DNA from: Raillietiella orientalis
Lineage: Eukaryota
Assembly (NCBI GenBank): GCA_036172245.1
Contig: JAYWIR010000001.1
Location: forward strand, 8,804,001 to 8,868,000
Length of the DNA: 64,000 bases
Direction: 5' to 3'
The notes beneath the pieces are model-generated. The model did not search any database and was not told the origin of the DNA. It worked only from the letters and a program-made list of their open reading frames with translations. The translations under genes and the position numbers were made by a program. Positions 11,801-24,853 of this stretch are shown here, in pieces (the first letter of the stretch is position 1; every line of letters starts with the position of its first letter).

Positions 11801-14800
11801 ACAACTCGCATAGAAGCAGGGGAAATTTTTCCAACCGAATCAGGAAAATATCCTAAGAAAAATACGCAAGGGCGACCCTGATACGAAAAAACCACAACAA
11901 CAACAACAACTACTATTACTATGTAAACAAAGCTGTGCCATCTACTTGGAAAATGAAAGGGGGGAAGAAAGGAGAGGAATCATTTTCCTTCCTGGACTAA
12001 CAACAAAAATGGCAAGAACATTGGTGTCGACTGGGTCCCCAAAGCTATGAGACACTAACGCACGAGTAATGAAATCCAGGATGAACACAATACTTCCTGC
12101 TCGCGTGCCGGCAAGGAAATTTTCACACAACGGTCACGGGGGTTGAAGAAAAAATTTTCAAAATTCACTTACTCGGTCTGTGTTTGCGACAAGCTTGGAT
12201 CACTATTTTTCCTTTTCTCTCGAAGCTGCTTCTAAAAACCAAAAACATGTTTTAGTAAACGGCACGAATGTCGAAATGGGCATTCGGCAGCAAGCAGCCA
12301 GTGCACACAGCCACACACACATACACACACACACACATCACATGGGATTTTAAGCCAACAGGCCAACTGTCGCAAACATGAGATGCATTGTGAAAAACAC
12401 GAAAGACGAATTGCAATTCCACTGTACCTTTTGCTGAACTCGTTCCCGATAGCTTTCAGAACGACTGATGGATGGATTCGATTTTTTGTTGTTTGTTTTG
12501 ATACTGAAATAATGACGTCACATTAAAAACTTCGTTTCGACTCGAGAACGGCAGGGGGGGGGGGGAATCGTTTGAAAACTTTTGCGGAAGAGACGCAGCA
12601 GAGTAACAGTTCGAATCGGAAAATTGGGATGAGACTTGCCCCTCACTAAAACTGCAGTCATTGGTGTCCTTTTCCTTCGAAACGATGTCTTCCTTCTCGG
12701 CTAATGCTTCGGCCTGACGAGGAAACCTTTCCGCTGATTTACCAGCCAGACCATGACGCTCGCCTGCAAAAAGACGGCGAAGACCGGATGAAAACCCATC
12801 ACGGAGGCGAGCACCAATCTTTGTGTGTGCGCATCATTTAAACGTCATCTGAGAAGACATCATCGTCCGGGCAAGCAGCGCGACAGAACTGGCAGATCGA
12901 ACGAAAGGCCCATGCGTTCCCTCGGGCCCGTCGGCCACCGTGCCAAGCAGGTCAGACAACACGCGAATCCGACACGGTTCCAGAAGGAACTTCACGCGTT
13001 CCTCTCTAAAACGGCGTGCACACGTTACACTTTCCGTGCACCGCGCACACGGATGCAACTCGAATCGACCGGTTGCTGTCGAGAGCCACACCAGAAGAAT
13101 GAAACACAAATGAGAATCCCGCGTTACGTGGGAAACTGCATGGGGGGGGGGAGAGAGAGAGAGAGAGAGAGACGGAGGGAGAGAAGGAGAGAGAAACATG
13201 CACAAAACACCCAAGAACGAAGAAAACGCACGCGGGGATAACGGTGAATTAACATGGGAACCTCAACGTGCGAGTATTGATCAATGCCAAATAGATTCTG
13301 GCCTGCATCCATTCCTGTCAAACAGCAACAAAAAATGGAAACGTGCTTGGGTCCAGAAATAAAAATGCGGCTGAACGGTTCTGTGGTACGCGTGGGATAT
13401 TTAACAGGAAAAGTTTCTCGGACGCGTTCGAACGAAACAGAGAGAGGTCCTTAAAAACACGGGAAAAAATAATTACTACGGGGGTATTCATGAGAAAAGC
13501 TACCAATTGCGTTTTTGCGCTATTAATACCAATTTTTTTGTCCATGATCGTGCAAACTGTTCCGAGTCGAAACCCTCTCACGAAAGAGTGCTCCCTGAAA
13601 ATCGACTTTTCCACCAAAGCACAGAATGCAAAATTTTAGAAATTGCTACCGCTAAAAAAAAATAATCAAGGTAATCGGGTGGAGGGGAGGGGAGGAGGAA
13701 AAAGAAGAAAGAGAAGAAACACGAAGCAGGACTACGAGTAAGATTCACGAAAGTAGCTTAAAGTTAACTTTAAAGAACTGAATGCAAGGGTCCCCCCACA
13801 CCCCCCAATGGGGATCAAAGCAAACACAAGGTAAACACAACGCCCGAAACAACGGTTTTCCCTGAAATGACCAGAAAATAAACTCGTCTTTAGAAAACCT
13901 AAAACTTTAGCTTATCACCAGTCGCTGGCCAGTACCTGTTAATGGCTTCATATACACTTTTCTTTATAGTCAAGTAAACAGGGCCATTATCGCAGATGGA
14001 ACTTCGCAGCACTGATCAATAAACATTCTGAAACCATTTAGAAGTAAAGAAAGATTTGAGTACTGAGCACATTGATCGGTGGCGGCAGCGGCGCCACTGC
14101 TCTCAGATGTGGAAAAAAAGGGGGGGAAGGGGGAGGGGGGAGGAGGAGGAGAAGAAAAAAAACGTCTACATATCTTCATTTATATAGGAGTACTCTGTAC
14201 AGCGTAAATACAGGCTGGATACCCTACCCCAACAACCGCCCAAAACTTGGCAAGACGCGCGCGCGCGTGCGCCCTGCCACACAAGGCAGAAGAAAAAAAA
14301 AGTGATTTTTTTTTTTTCCAAGCGCTTTCAACACCACATGACCATGGTACACTCAACTTGTTAGTAAAAAACAAAAAAAAAAGGGGGGAAGTACGCAGAA
14401 AGGCAGTGCAAGTTTCCATGCGAGAGTTCTAGGGAAAAAATTTTCCTGAAGAAAAGATGTGGGAACAGTTTTCAAGTAACCACGATTAAGAAAGAACTTC
14501 AAGCACGATTCGAAATTCATCAGTTTCCGTTTCAGCCCTTTTTATTATTATTATTACAAAAAGCGCAGTTCGATGTTATGCGTAGTGACTTCCAGGAAAT
14601 TTTTCCAATTCACTGATAAACTCACTAAACACACACGTAAAAGGAAAAAAAGGAAAAACGCGGTTGCCCAGTTACGTCTCCGAAACCTCTTCCTCCGACG
14701 GAACTGCACGTTTCCGAGGACAACATGGTGTGACAACGTCAACTTTAGCAAAAACAATACAAATTCCTGACTTGAAAGGACCAGGTCTTTGGAAATAAAA

Positions 14801-17800
14801 ATGCCTTAAAGAAAGCGAATGCTTGCAAAGAACAAACTTTCTGATTCCACAGTGACTGATAAGGAATGCCGATCCAACCGAACCAAGGAGGGAATGCACA
14901 CACCCACGCAAAAAAATGTCATTTATTATGGTAAATAACCAACTATACAGTCATGCATTATTCCGAAAAGATCCATCGCGTACACTGTGGAAATAAACGA
15001 TAAAAACGGCAGTTCCAGATTTGCAATTGTACGCCAACGACTAGAATTCTGAAACAAGCACATCTTGAATCAAAGCGCAATTGTTTTCTCAAGCAACTGA
15101 AAATCACAATGAATCTCAGCACCTCGCATGGTCACACTTTTAATTTCTGGTGGTGTTTAAGGGGGGAAGGGTGAGGTGGAGTGAAGACACACATAGGAAA
15201 GTTTTAGACTCACAGTTTTAGAATTCTGAAACTAAAAACAGGAAATGTCTGCAGAAAAAGTTTACACAGCGATTTCAAACAAAACAGCCTAAAATACAAT
15301 AATGATAATAATGGATAATCGTAATGTAATTCGTATAAAACCATGAATGAACCAACATCTTTTGTGGGCTACTTCAAAGAGCTGAAATGTCAACTGGTTT
15401 GGCAAGTATGGCCCTCACGGTGAATGGATAAAATTAGTTATAAACCGATGCTTTCAAGGAATCATATGATGTGATAAATAGAAAGGAGATGTGATAAATA
15501 GAAGGGATAGTCTGAAATTCAAAATTACTAATAGAAACACATTGTAATCAATCCGACCTCCATTTGCTCAAGGTATCTGAAAAGTTCTCAAATAATAAAT
15601 CAACAGATATGAGCTGCGGAATATATCAAGTTTGAAGACAAATTACAATCACACACACAATGTCCTAAACAAGTTGTCTAACTATGAAAACATTTAGAAT
15701 CAACCTGAAAGTAATTAAAATCGGCGAATGAAAAAACATATGGACAAAACAGATTTAAAACAAATTAAGCTTGAGTAAACGAGATTGGATGTTTTTCTGA
15801 TCCATCAACAGAATATGACTCTCTGCAAAATTCAGCTTTCAGAAAACTTTTGATACGAAAAAAAAAAACAAAAATTTGAATATGCGAATGAGAAGTAAAA
15901 TAATGTGCACGAAAATTTCTTGCACAGAGTAATCACTCCTGTTTATGAATCTTCACAACTACATGCACAATAATTAGTGCAATCCCACTTGCAGCCTTTA
16001 TTGGAAAGTCAATCTTTCATTTGAAAAAAATTGAAGCAGACTATATAACACCATAAAGCGCGTCGGGAAAGCAAAGAAAAACACGAAAGCATATTGAAAC
16101 AAAAAGAATGATGGAAACCCCAATCTCTCAGCTCTTTGCTGCAGAATTCTTGCATGGTAAACATGTGTCCATAATCTTACTATCCTACAATGTCTTGTAA
16201 GAAGTACATACTTCTTACAATATACCTTAAGTTTCTGACTGTGCTGAATAAACTTGCCTTTGGATTCTTACGAAAACTAACTTATTGCAATATGTTTCAC
16301 TTTCTGTGAATATACATTTTGTTAACAATCTTAATGTTTGGAAATACGGATTTGGGAAAATTTTTTGGAACAAAAAATGAAATGAACATTAAAGTTACGG
16401 AAGAACCAACAGATTGTTGGAGAAATTTGTTGGAGAAGTATTAATAACTGTTCCACTAATCATCAGAACTTATCCAAAGTAAGGAAAAATTAACATTCAT
16501 TTAAAGCACTTCAATATTTTAATTGTGACAATTCAAAAAAATACTTTAAATTATTCTGCACAAAGGTTGATCAAACTTCACACGCAGAAACAACGGATTA
16601 ACTAAAAATAAAACAATACCTATCAAAATGAAGTCAGCATCGTTAGGAACAGTAGCCCCCGACTTTTCATCACATGATTTTCGAACCTTTTCTACGGCAG
16701 CATTAGTAATTAAAATCATTTTCAATAAACACATTTTACCAGTTACTTTACGTCGGCCTTCTTGACGATCCAACTTTATAATGTCAATAAATTTGGAGAT
16801 GCGTTCATTGCCCCGCCGTGGTTGAATGGCCCCAACACATGATTCACCAATACTGCGCAAGCAGTTCCGGTGAAAACTCAGACGGCAATCTAAAGGATTC
16901 ACGGATATCTTATAATTTTACTTACTAGAACACTGGTAACCCTGTGGTCCAATTCCCCAAAGACTAGATCCACATTGGTGGCACAAGGTCATACTAAAAT
17001 ACTGATGTTCTACAAAATGATGGCCCCAAGAATCCAAATGCTTTTTTCCACCACGCATCAACAATTTTGCTCTAAGTGATTTTTCCCTAGAAACAAATGT
17101 AGGACATCGTTCTAATAAAGAAGCAGTTCCTGAAGTTTTCAGATTGAATTTTTTTGATAGAATGGTTGCAAGTGAGCATGCCTCAGCTACAACTCTGTCA
17201 GAACTATTAGATTCCAAGGCACTCCTAAGGAGAATCGATATAATAAAAATAATTGCAATACCCTCTAGGGAAAAATTACATTCTTGACTGTAAATGATGC
17301 AACAAAAGCTTTTCAATATGAACCATTTCTTTACTGTGATCGGATGAAATGCCTTCTTCATAAAGCATGCTTAAGCCTATAGCTCGTACTTCCTGGAATT
17401 CCTCCAACTGAATACGGACCTCTTTCTGAGCACTCTCTTGGGCATTGTGAAAAACAGTACGCAGGCTGATCTCATGTTCAGTATCATGCTGCAGCACTCG
17501 ATCAATTTCATGCAAAATAGACTCATCAACCAATTTTAAACGCAATGGCTGAAAGATGAAATGACATTCTGTGTATAATGATCAACAGCATACAGCATCT
17601 GGGAGCAAAAATGTCGAATGGATTTCGTATGCCCACTTGCGCATCTCCTTCATGCTTCCCTCTTTATACAATTCAGTGATCAGCAAAAAAAACTGCAAAG
17701 AATGATGAACAAGCAAATGACTTGAATAATAATACACCAACCATGTTAGATGGGTCAGAGTTCGTTTCCAAAAGGTAGTTCATGAAAATTGCGAGATGTA

Positions 17801-20800
17801 AATGGCTCTCTAAAAGAGCATTCAAACTAGAAAATGAAAGATCTGACTCAGTACCCAAATCCTAAAAAATTAAACAGTCTTTGCATATGAGAGAAACTTC
17901 ACAAACCTCTGTTTCTGACTGGGAATTGTCATCATCAGGACTAAGGACGTTCACCTGGTAATCTGGTGGGCGAAACCCATCTAAATTCTAGAAAGCACAT
18001 CATTAACTTGGGAATCCTCGCACAATGCCACTGGCCTTGCTTCGGTATGCTGGTGGAGGAGTGCCTGGTGGTGTCAAATCTATGCCTTTCCCTTCAAATA
18101 CACCTAAGGAAGTACCATTGAATCGAGAATGGATATTTTTTTGTTTTTCTACAGGGAGGAAAAAAAATTGAACAATGAAATAAATAAATACTATTATACA
18201 ATAAAAAAAATCACCATTAATATCCCGATGTAAAAAACTGTTATCTTTTATGGCAGAATAAGAACCAACTGGATTTGAACAAGTCCTTTTATGAGATGGA
18301 TTTTTTTTGCAGTGCTGAAGAGGAAGAGGGTAATCAACAGTAATCAACTGATTTCGAGATGGAAGAGGAGGAGGAATATCGATGTTATCTTGATGTGATA
18401 TCATAGATTTGTTTCTTGCAGGCAATGGAGGAGGATCACATTGCATATCTTTGCTAACTCCTCCATTTAAAGACGAATTCTAAAACTCTGCCATTAAGGC
18501 AAAAGAAACTTTTTATTAGCACATACTTTGAATAATGCTTCATTCAGCACCTCAAGTTCACTTCCCAACTTTTGCATCTTCATATCTGCTAATAATAGTT
18601 CTCTGCGCAACAATTCAGTATTCTGTGATTCTATTTTACTTCTAAGTTCTCTGGTATAACTTTCGTACATTTTGTACATGGTCAACACAAAGATATGTTG
18701 GTCCAACTGCCGATGTTTTTCTTCCTAGAAAGAAATAACAACCATATTGAAACAATTTTCTGGCTACACACCCCACCTTTCACTCTAACATACATGATAA
18801 TTCCCAAGGCGTCTAACAGTCAAAGAGATTTGAGGCTCAGCTGAAAACGAGATTCATGTAATTGAGAATGGTTGAACCATCACTTACATTTAATGTAATC
18901 TACTACTTCAGAGTGGTTTTTGTGTAAAATTGGATTTCCATTGACCTACAACTATCATCTTAATCATTTCAATTGATAAAGCATTTACCTTTAATAAATA
19001 ATCACCACATTTAACACCAGCACGTGCAGCAGCTCCCCCTGAAAGATTTCTGGTTAATTCATTCAGATTTAAAGAAAGAAATCCTGCAATTTACATCCCA
19101 TATAATGAGGAATTCAACCTACTTAAAACTATCTTTTATGGCCAAATATTTTGTTCATTCAGTCATCACCTCATATGAAATACAATCCAAGCATAAGAAC
19201 ACGATTACAACTCCTGTTTCATCCCTATTGTGCTGCTAAAATTGAGTCAGATTAAGCAAACACTTCCTATCATCTACAAGAGACTGTTGACCATAACACA
19301 CATTGCCTCAATCCTGTTAAACAATCAATGCTCTCCATGTTTTTCTCAATTCTTGGGTCAATACTAATTTAATCATACTAATACACAATCTTACTGAAAT
19401 ACTAATTGTATTTCACTATCTATTGTTTTATTTTTCATACTGGATTCCATTACAATGAAATCACTACAAAGAAAAAATGTAATGAAAAACAATGAAATTT
19501 CTCGGATTATCTACAACAAAATCAAAAAGAAATTTTACAATAGAAAGAGATCTATACTTTGTAATGAATGCCAACCAAATTATGATGAATAACATAACTT
19601 ATAGCTATTCACAACATGAAAAGATATTTTAATTGGTTAAAACTACGATTTATACATTCAAGACGCTAAATGCAAAATATCAATGAAAAACAATATGCAC
19701 TTTTTCTCATACAACAACTAATTCAGCACAGCACAACTGTGCATATTTTCATTAATTTTATGAATAATTTAATTAGCTATATTCCATTTAAGATTTCATA
19801 AAGTCTTCAGAAATAAGCAAATTTACAAAAAAATAAATGAAATGAGTTGCCATTTTTAAATTTTGTGGTATGGGGTCACAATGTAGATCATGAATAACTC
19901 TGCATGCTTTAAACAGCTTCAAGCATCATATCTTGATCTTACACAAAGAAATACAATTCACCTCCAATCAAGAATATGTACACCTATGTTCTTAAAAAAA
20001 TGACTATTTTTTGAAACCTTTGTTTATAACTGGAAAAACTGTTCCGAATTAAAAAAGCAAACACATATTTACAGTGGGTCTCAGAATCTACCTAGAATTA
20101 AAACAATGACGTTCTTTTAAACTTTTAAAACCATTCAAATGTTAGAATTTTAAACATGCAATGAGATGGAGAAGTCATGATTTTTATAATATGCAATGTA
20201 ATTGAAATAATAATGACAAAGTACCTAAAAATGAATTTTAATGAAAGTAATACTTATGACTAAGTTGACATGAATTAAATTTCAAAAATCATGCTTTTTT
20301 CCAAAGTAAAAAATCAGTGAAGATACCAATTTTTTGAAACTTAGTTTAATTGTGATAATATTCATGATTACATTCAACAATATGATAAAACCATCTTGAT
20401 GCAACACATAAAATGACCTTAAGAACACGAACAACAACATCCAAATACAACAACTGACTTATAGAAAATTTCTACATGCATTATAAGCTTTATTTATTTA
20501 TACAGATTATAAGCATGTACAACAAGGAGAGATTGGTACACAATTATTAACTATTACACTCAGTGCATCATCACAAGAATGGAATAGATAAAATTCAATG
20601 AAGATCTAGATTACAGAAAATGAAACAGAAAAATAGAAATAGTTTACCTTTTACCTTTCAAACAAATTATTTAATTTGACTGCTTTTATTTTTCCACTTT
20701 GAAACATCAACTTAAAATTACTTAATAAAGATTGGAGATGGTATTCCTTCAGAAGGAATGATTTGAAGTGATTCTCGATTACACTTATACTTTATAGATG

Positions 20801-23800
20801 TGTAATTCTTTGAATAGTTTTTCCTCCTCGAAGTTCTTGTCACTAATCACTGTTTCTTGAAGAAAACCAAAAAATGGATGCATGTAACAAAGAATTTTTT
20901 TCTAAATGAAAACAAAAATATTTCTGAAATATAGACAATATCAAGTTGTAATGAAAACAATGAAAACAGTTGAGTAATTTTAAGAGAATGACTACCCCAA
21001 TATACTCAAATCTACAAGATACTAAGATCCAAGAGTTTTTTTTTAAATAAAAAAAAGAAAGAAAGAAAGAAAGAAGGAAAATCAGGTTGTGACTAGCTAC
21101 AATGTTCCCCAATATAATTCACACATAAAAACATATAAGGAGTACATCTGATCAGAGTGATGGTTCATAAATTTTCGTAAATTATATGTTGAGACTGTGA
21201 AAATCTATCTGCAATAGTAAATTAAAAACCTGTTTTTCTTGGGATGGTTTGTATGAAATATACTTAGTTCAACTTGATTTTCATACAAAAAAAAAGGAAT
21301 ACACTTCTAAACAATGCTGAAATTGTATAAAATGGACTTTCTTACAGCTCAGACCTAATGCTTAAAAAATTAGCAGGTCAAACTGATGACTGGTAAAAAT
21401 AAAAACATCTATTTATGTAGTAAATTTTGAAACAAGAAAAGAACAATTGCTTCATTCCCTATGTATTTAAGAGAAGTCAAACAATTCTGGTTATAGTTTC
21501 ATTCAGTCTTGATTTCCAAAAATAATAAAATCAATTAAAATAATTAAAACAAATATCAAACCAAATCAATCACATAATAATGTCAACTGAGATGATGATA
21601 TTTTTACCGTAAAAGATAAACAAATCAACTAAATAAAAATAATGCACAAAGGTAATGTATTATATAAGGATTGTGTAGATATACTTCAAAAAGGAAGTCA
21701 GGATATACACTAATCTTATCAAGATGCCTACCTTTATAATAAAAAAAAAGGACAGTAAATGAATCACTTGGATTTTTAATGTTGTAAAATATGGATAAGC
21801 ACACTGCAAAGACCAATAGTACAGCATCATGTATGAACTCAGATACATGATTAAATTTACAGACAAAAAACAAGATCAACTTATTGAGTAAAATTGACCT
21901 AAAACATGAATTACAGCATAAATGCTCTCTTCTCAATAAGATACAAAGTTCAGGAATGAAAAAAAACAGAAAACTTGAAGGACAAGAAAACTTTTGAAAA
22001 AATGCAGCATACAACTTAGAAGCAATAAAAACTGCTTTAATATTTCATTCTCACACGGAAACATCCCAATTAAATGATACAGAATACCGAAAATGATTTC
22101 ACTCCTTGTAATACATACATTTGCGTTGACTTATTCAATTAAAACCATATCTGATATTAAATTTGTACGGAAAACCCCATATTTGAAAGGCTTGCAAGGA
22201 TTGACTTTCCATGTCTCAAGTTCTTTTTTATTAACAGTCATCAAAGTGCCATGGAAATCAAAAAAATTTTGACATCAAATAAACAATGAGTCTTTTTTTT
22301 CAGTCGTAAAGCAGAAAATTAAACATATTTAGCAGCTTGGGATGTCTCAATGTAAGGCTGTGACAATTACCCAAAACACATCAACACAGATAAATCACAA
22401 AATTAAAATAGCCAAGGGTGGATAGCTGCCAAAAAGATGCTGCAAGTTACACTAATACCATGAAACTACGACTAGGAGACATATGCTAGAAGAACAATAA
22501 TTCAAGCACTAAAACTGGGCAATTGAATAACACTGAAATTTTAGAAAAACTGAAAAAAAATTATCAAAGTGATAGTTCAACATTACACATGGAATACTAC
22601 CCTTAATTTAGGATTATAAATTTGATTAAACCTTAATTTTAGATTATTTATGCTTAGTATGAAAAGCTGGAATTTTTTAACGTAAATAGTATAAAATGAA
22701 TACAATAACTTTGGAATCAACAACTGACACGAGAACTTCATATTGTATGCACATGATTGATCTGTATAGAGAACGCAAATGTTCGTGAAAACTTAGGCTG
22801 TCGGATTATCCATTGATTCAAGGGAAAATGCCACAAAGCAAAAAGCAAAGTTGTTGATATCAAGAAACATGTTAAAAACAAAAAAACAAAAATTGCATGA
22901 ATGGTGAAATTCAAACAAATTTCTGAAAAAGAAAACTAAAGCAAAAGACACATGCTTGAAGGACAATAAAAAAATCATACTATTCTGATAAATAGTATAC
23001 CAACAAAATTAATGTCTCTATACGTGTTCTTCAACATCCCAAAACACCTGACCTGCCTAGAATTACAGAATTTTGGTGAGTAACCATATAACTTCGTTGA
23101 ATCAGTGCAAATAAATATTCAAAAGTCTTCAATTTCTGAAACACTACACTGCAAATCACCAACATATGTATTCCAGACTTGTTGTTGAAAACAGTGTAAA
23201 ATGAAATGAAAAATTTTAAAGGCAGGAAATGCATTACGTTTTTAATAATTTGTAGTGCAGAAATGATAAAATTAAAAAACTGAAATACAAATATATTTTC
23301 TAAATTTTCAGTTCAGTGAAAGTCCACAATACTGTGAAATCTTACATTAAATTTGCAATCAATAATTGTGTCATAGAGAATCCTACAGATTGGGAATATG
23401 CCAACAATATAACACTAGATGCCAATACTCATTTCAAAGTTCTTTAATATCTAAACTAAACTCTGGGAAACTGCAATTCTAAACTGCAATTCTGGGAAAC
23501 CATACACACACATATCTAAAAAGACTCTATACTTTGATTCAGCATTACGAATACTTAGCTTTCTGTCCAAACATACAATTTTCTTAAAGTGGATAATAAA
23601 AATGGGTGACTAACAGCTGTCAATTCTGCGGTACAGAAACTGACTTTCCAAACAATGTTTGACATACTTTGATGTGTACATAAATTTCAACCACAGTCTG
23701 CACCTTATTAAATGAACAATCACCAGCTACAGAATGCAAAACAAAGATGGGATAACGTGCAGCAGCATAACAATACCAATACAATCTTATTTCCATACAC

Positions 23801-24853
23801 TGTTTGTTAAAAACAAACGCATTAAAGAAAATCATGTCAAAAAAACACCAAATGGTTCACATGCCTTGGATGTAGTTACTTTTGCAGAACAAGCTTATTC
23901 ATCAGGTGCAAAAGCAATGTTGACAATATTCAGTACATAACTACTATTAATAACAGATATATATCTATTATTAAAATCCTTTAAATAATGTAATTAGAGC
24001 TGCAAGAATACATTGAATATACCTTCTTTAACACTCTGAACATATACTGGATCTTCACCAGTAATAGTAAAACCATAACCATTTTCATCACGATGAATAG
24101 TAATTTCTCGTGGGGAACTAACAAAGTCATTTTTCTCTATGATGGAATTCTCTTCCTCACCATATCTGAAAGTTCTCTGAATAAGCAAGGATTCTGAAAT
24201 TTTCAGAATTCAGACCACAATTTGCACTCTGGTCATAAAATTTACTCAATTCAAACTTGTTAGGGATGAAACACAATAGTACTTCATTAAAGACATTGAA
24301 ATTTTTTAATACAGCATTCCTATTTTTTGATATAAGTTTCTGTAACACAAAACACACAAACTGCTGATAATACTCTAGTGTCCATGCAGCGAACTTGAGA
24401 GCAAACGCGATGCACGCAATTTTCATTAAAGTATCAGTATCTTTTCTCGATTTTGAATCCCATATAAATATTTGAAACATTTTATTGTTGATATTTCTCA
24501 CTGCATGCATTCTAAATATCACTGTCCTAATCTTTCCACCGGGAAAAAAAAAACAACGATCTATTTTTTCGAGTTTTTAAATAACCAACACGCAAAACAG
24601 GTCAAGAAAACACTGACACATCTATTAACAATAAGAACGTTAAATGCTTGTAGTTTAAGCACTTAATATTATTACTCCTTTCACATTCAACATTGAAACC
24701 GGGTCCGAAACCGTGATATTACAATAATATCTCAAATACCTCTGCAAAAAATCTTCGCTACATTAGTCACGTCATAACTATTTACAGTAGAGCTCTCTCA
24801 CTCCTGTACCTAATTTTCTCTTTAACTTACCTTGCAAAATCAGCTCCAGCCAT
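5840..24853 (-). CDS. RhoGEF2: RhoGEF2 / ARHGEF11-ARHGEF12 family Rho guanine nucleotide exchange factor (PDZ-RH/RGS-C1-DH-PH), multi-exon
   Basis: Phase-consistent exons were reconstructed by hand. Start 24853-24831 (MAGADFAR). PDZ in 24165-24023, 19038-18989 and 18945-18888 (ITIHRDENGYGFTITGEDPVYVQSVKEGGAAARAGVKCGD). RH/RGS at ~17860-17280 (WAYEIHSTFLLPDAPL). C1 at ~17030-16830 (HHF...CHQC...WG...QGYQCSNC...HRNC). Linker exons 12763-12640, 12503-12428 (ISRSESYRER) and 12231-12173 (RKNSDPSLS). DH at ~8230-7530 (KRQDVINEFFHTERTYVRNLRVL; CRRLRLRDIIPMGMQRLTKYPLLLE). PH at ~7410-6950. Last exon 5863-5840 (EESVVFP*). Confidence 0.93.
13142..13196. repeat. Polypurine tract with (GA)11 inside a RhoGEF2 intron; possible GAGA-type regulatory element
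   Basis: A G-run is followed by a perfect (GA)11 at 13151-13172 and then a degenerate GA continuation. The regulatory role is inference only. Confidence 0.8.

Noticed and set aside
15468..15505. Short local tandem duplications (also ~22600, ~23465, ~32350, ~57072)
   Set aside because: These are two-copy slippage products in AT-rich DNA with no spacers, so not CRISPR-like or otherwise organised.
19050..24000. Numerous 60-130-aa ORFs in the large AT-rich RhoGEF2 intron
   Set aside because: Their F/L/I/K-rich composition is typical of non-coding AT-rich DNA. The flanking PDZ exons join in phase without them.
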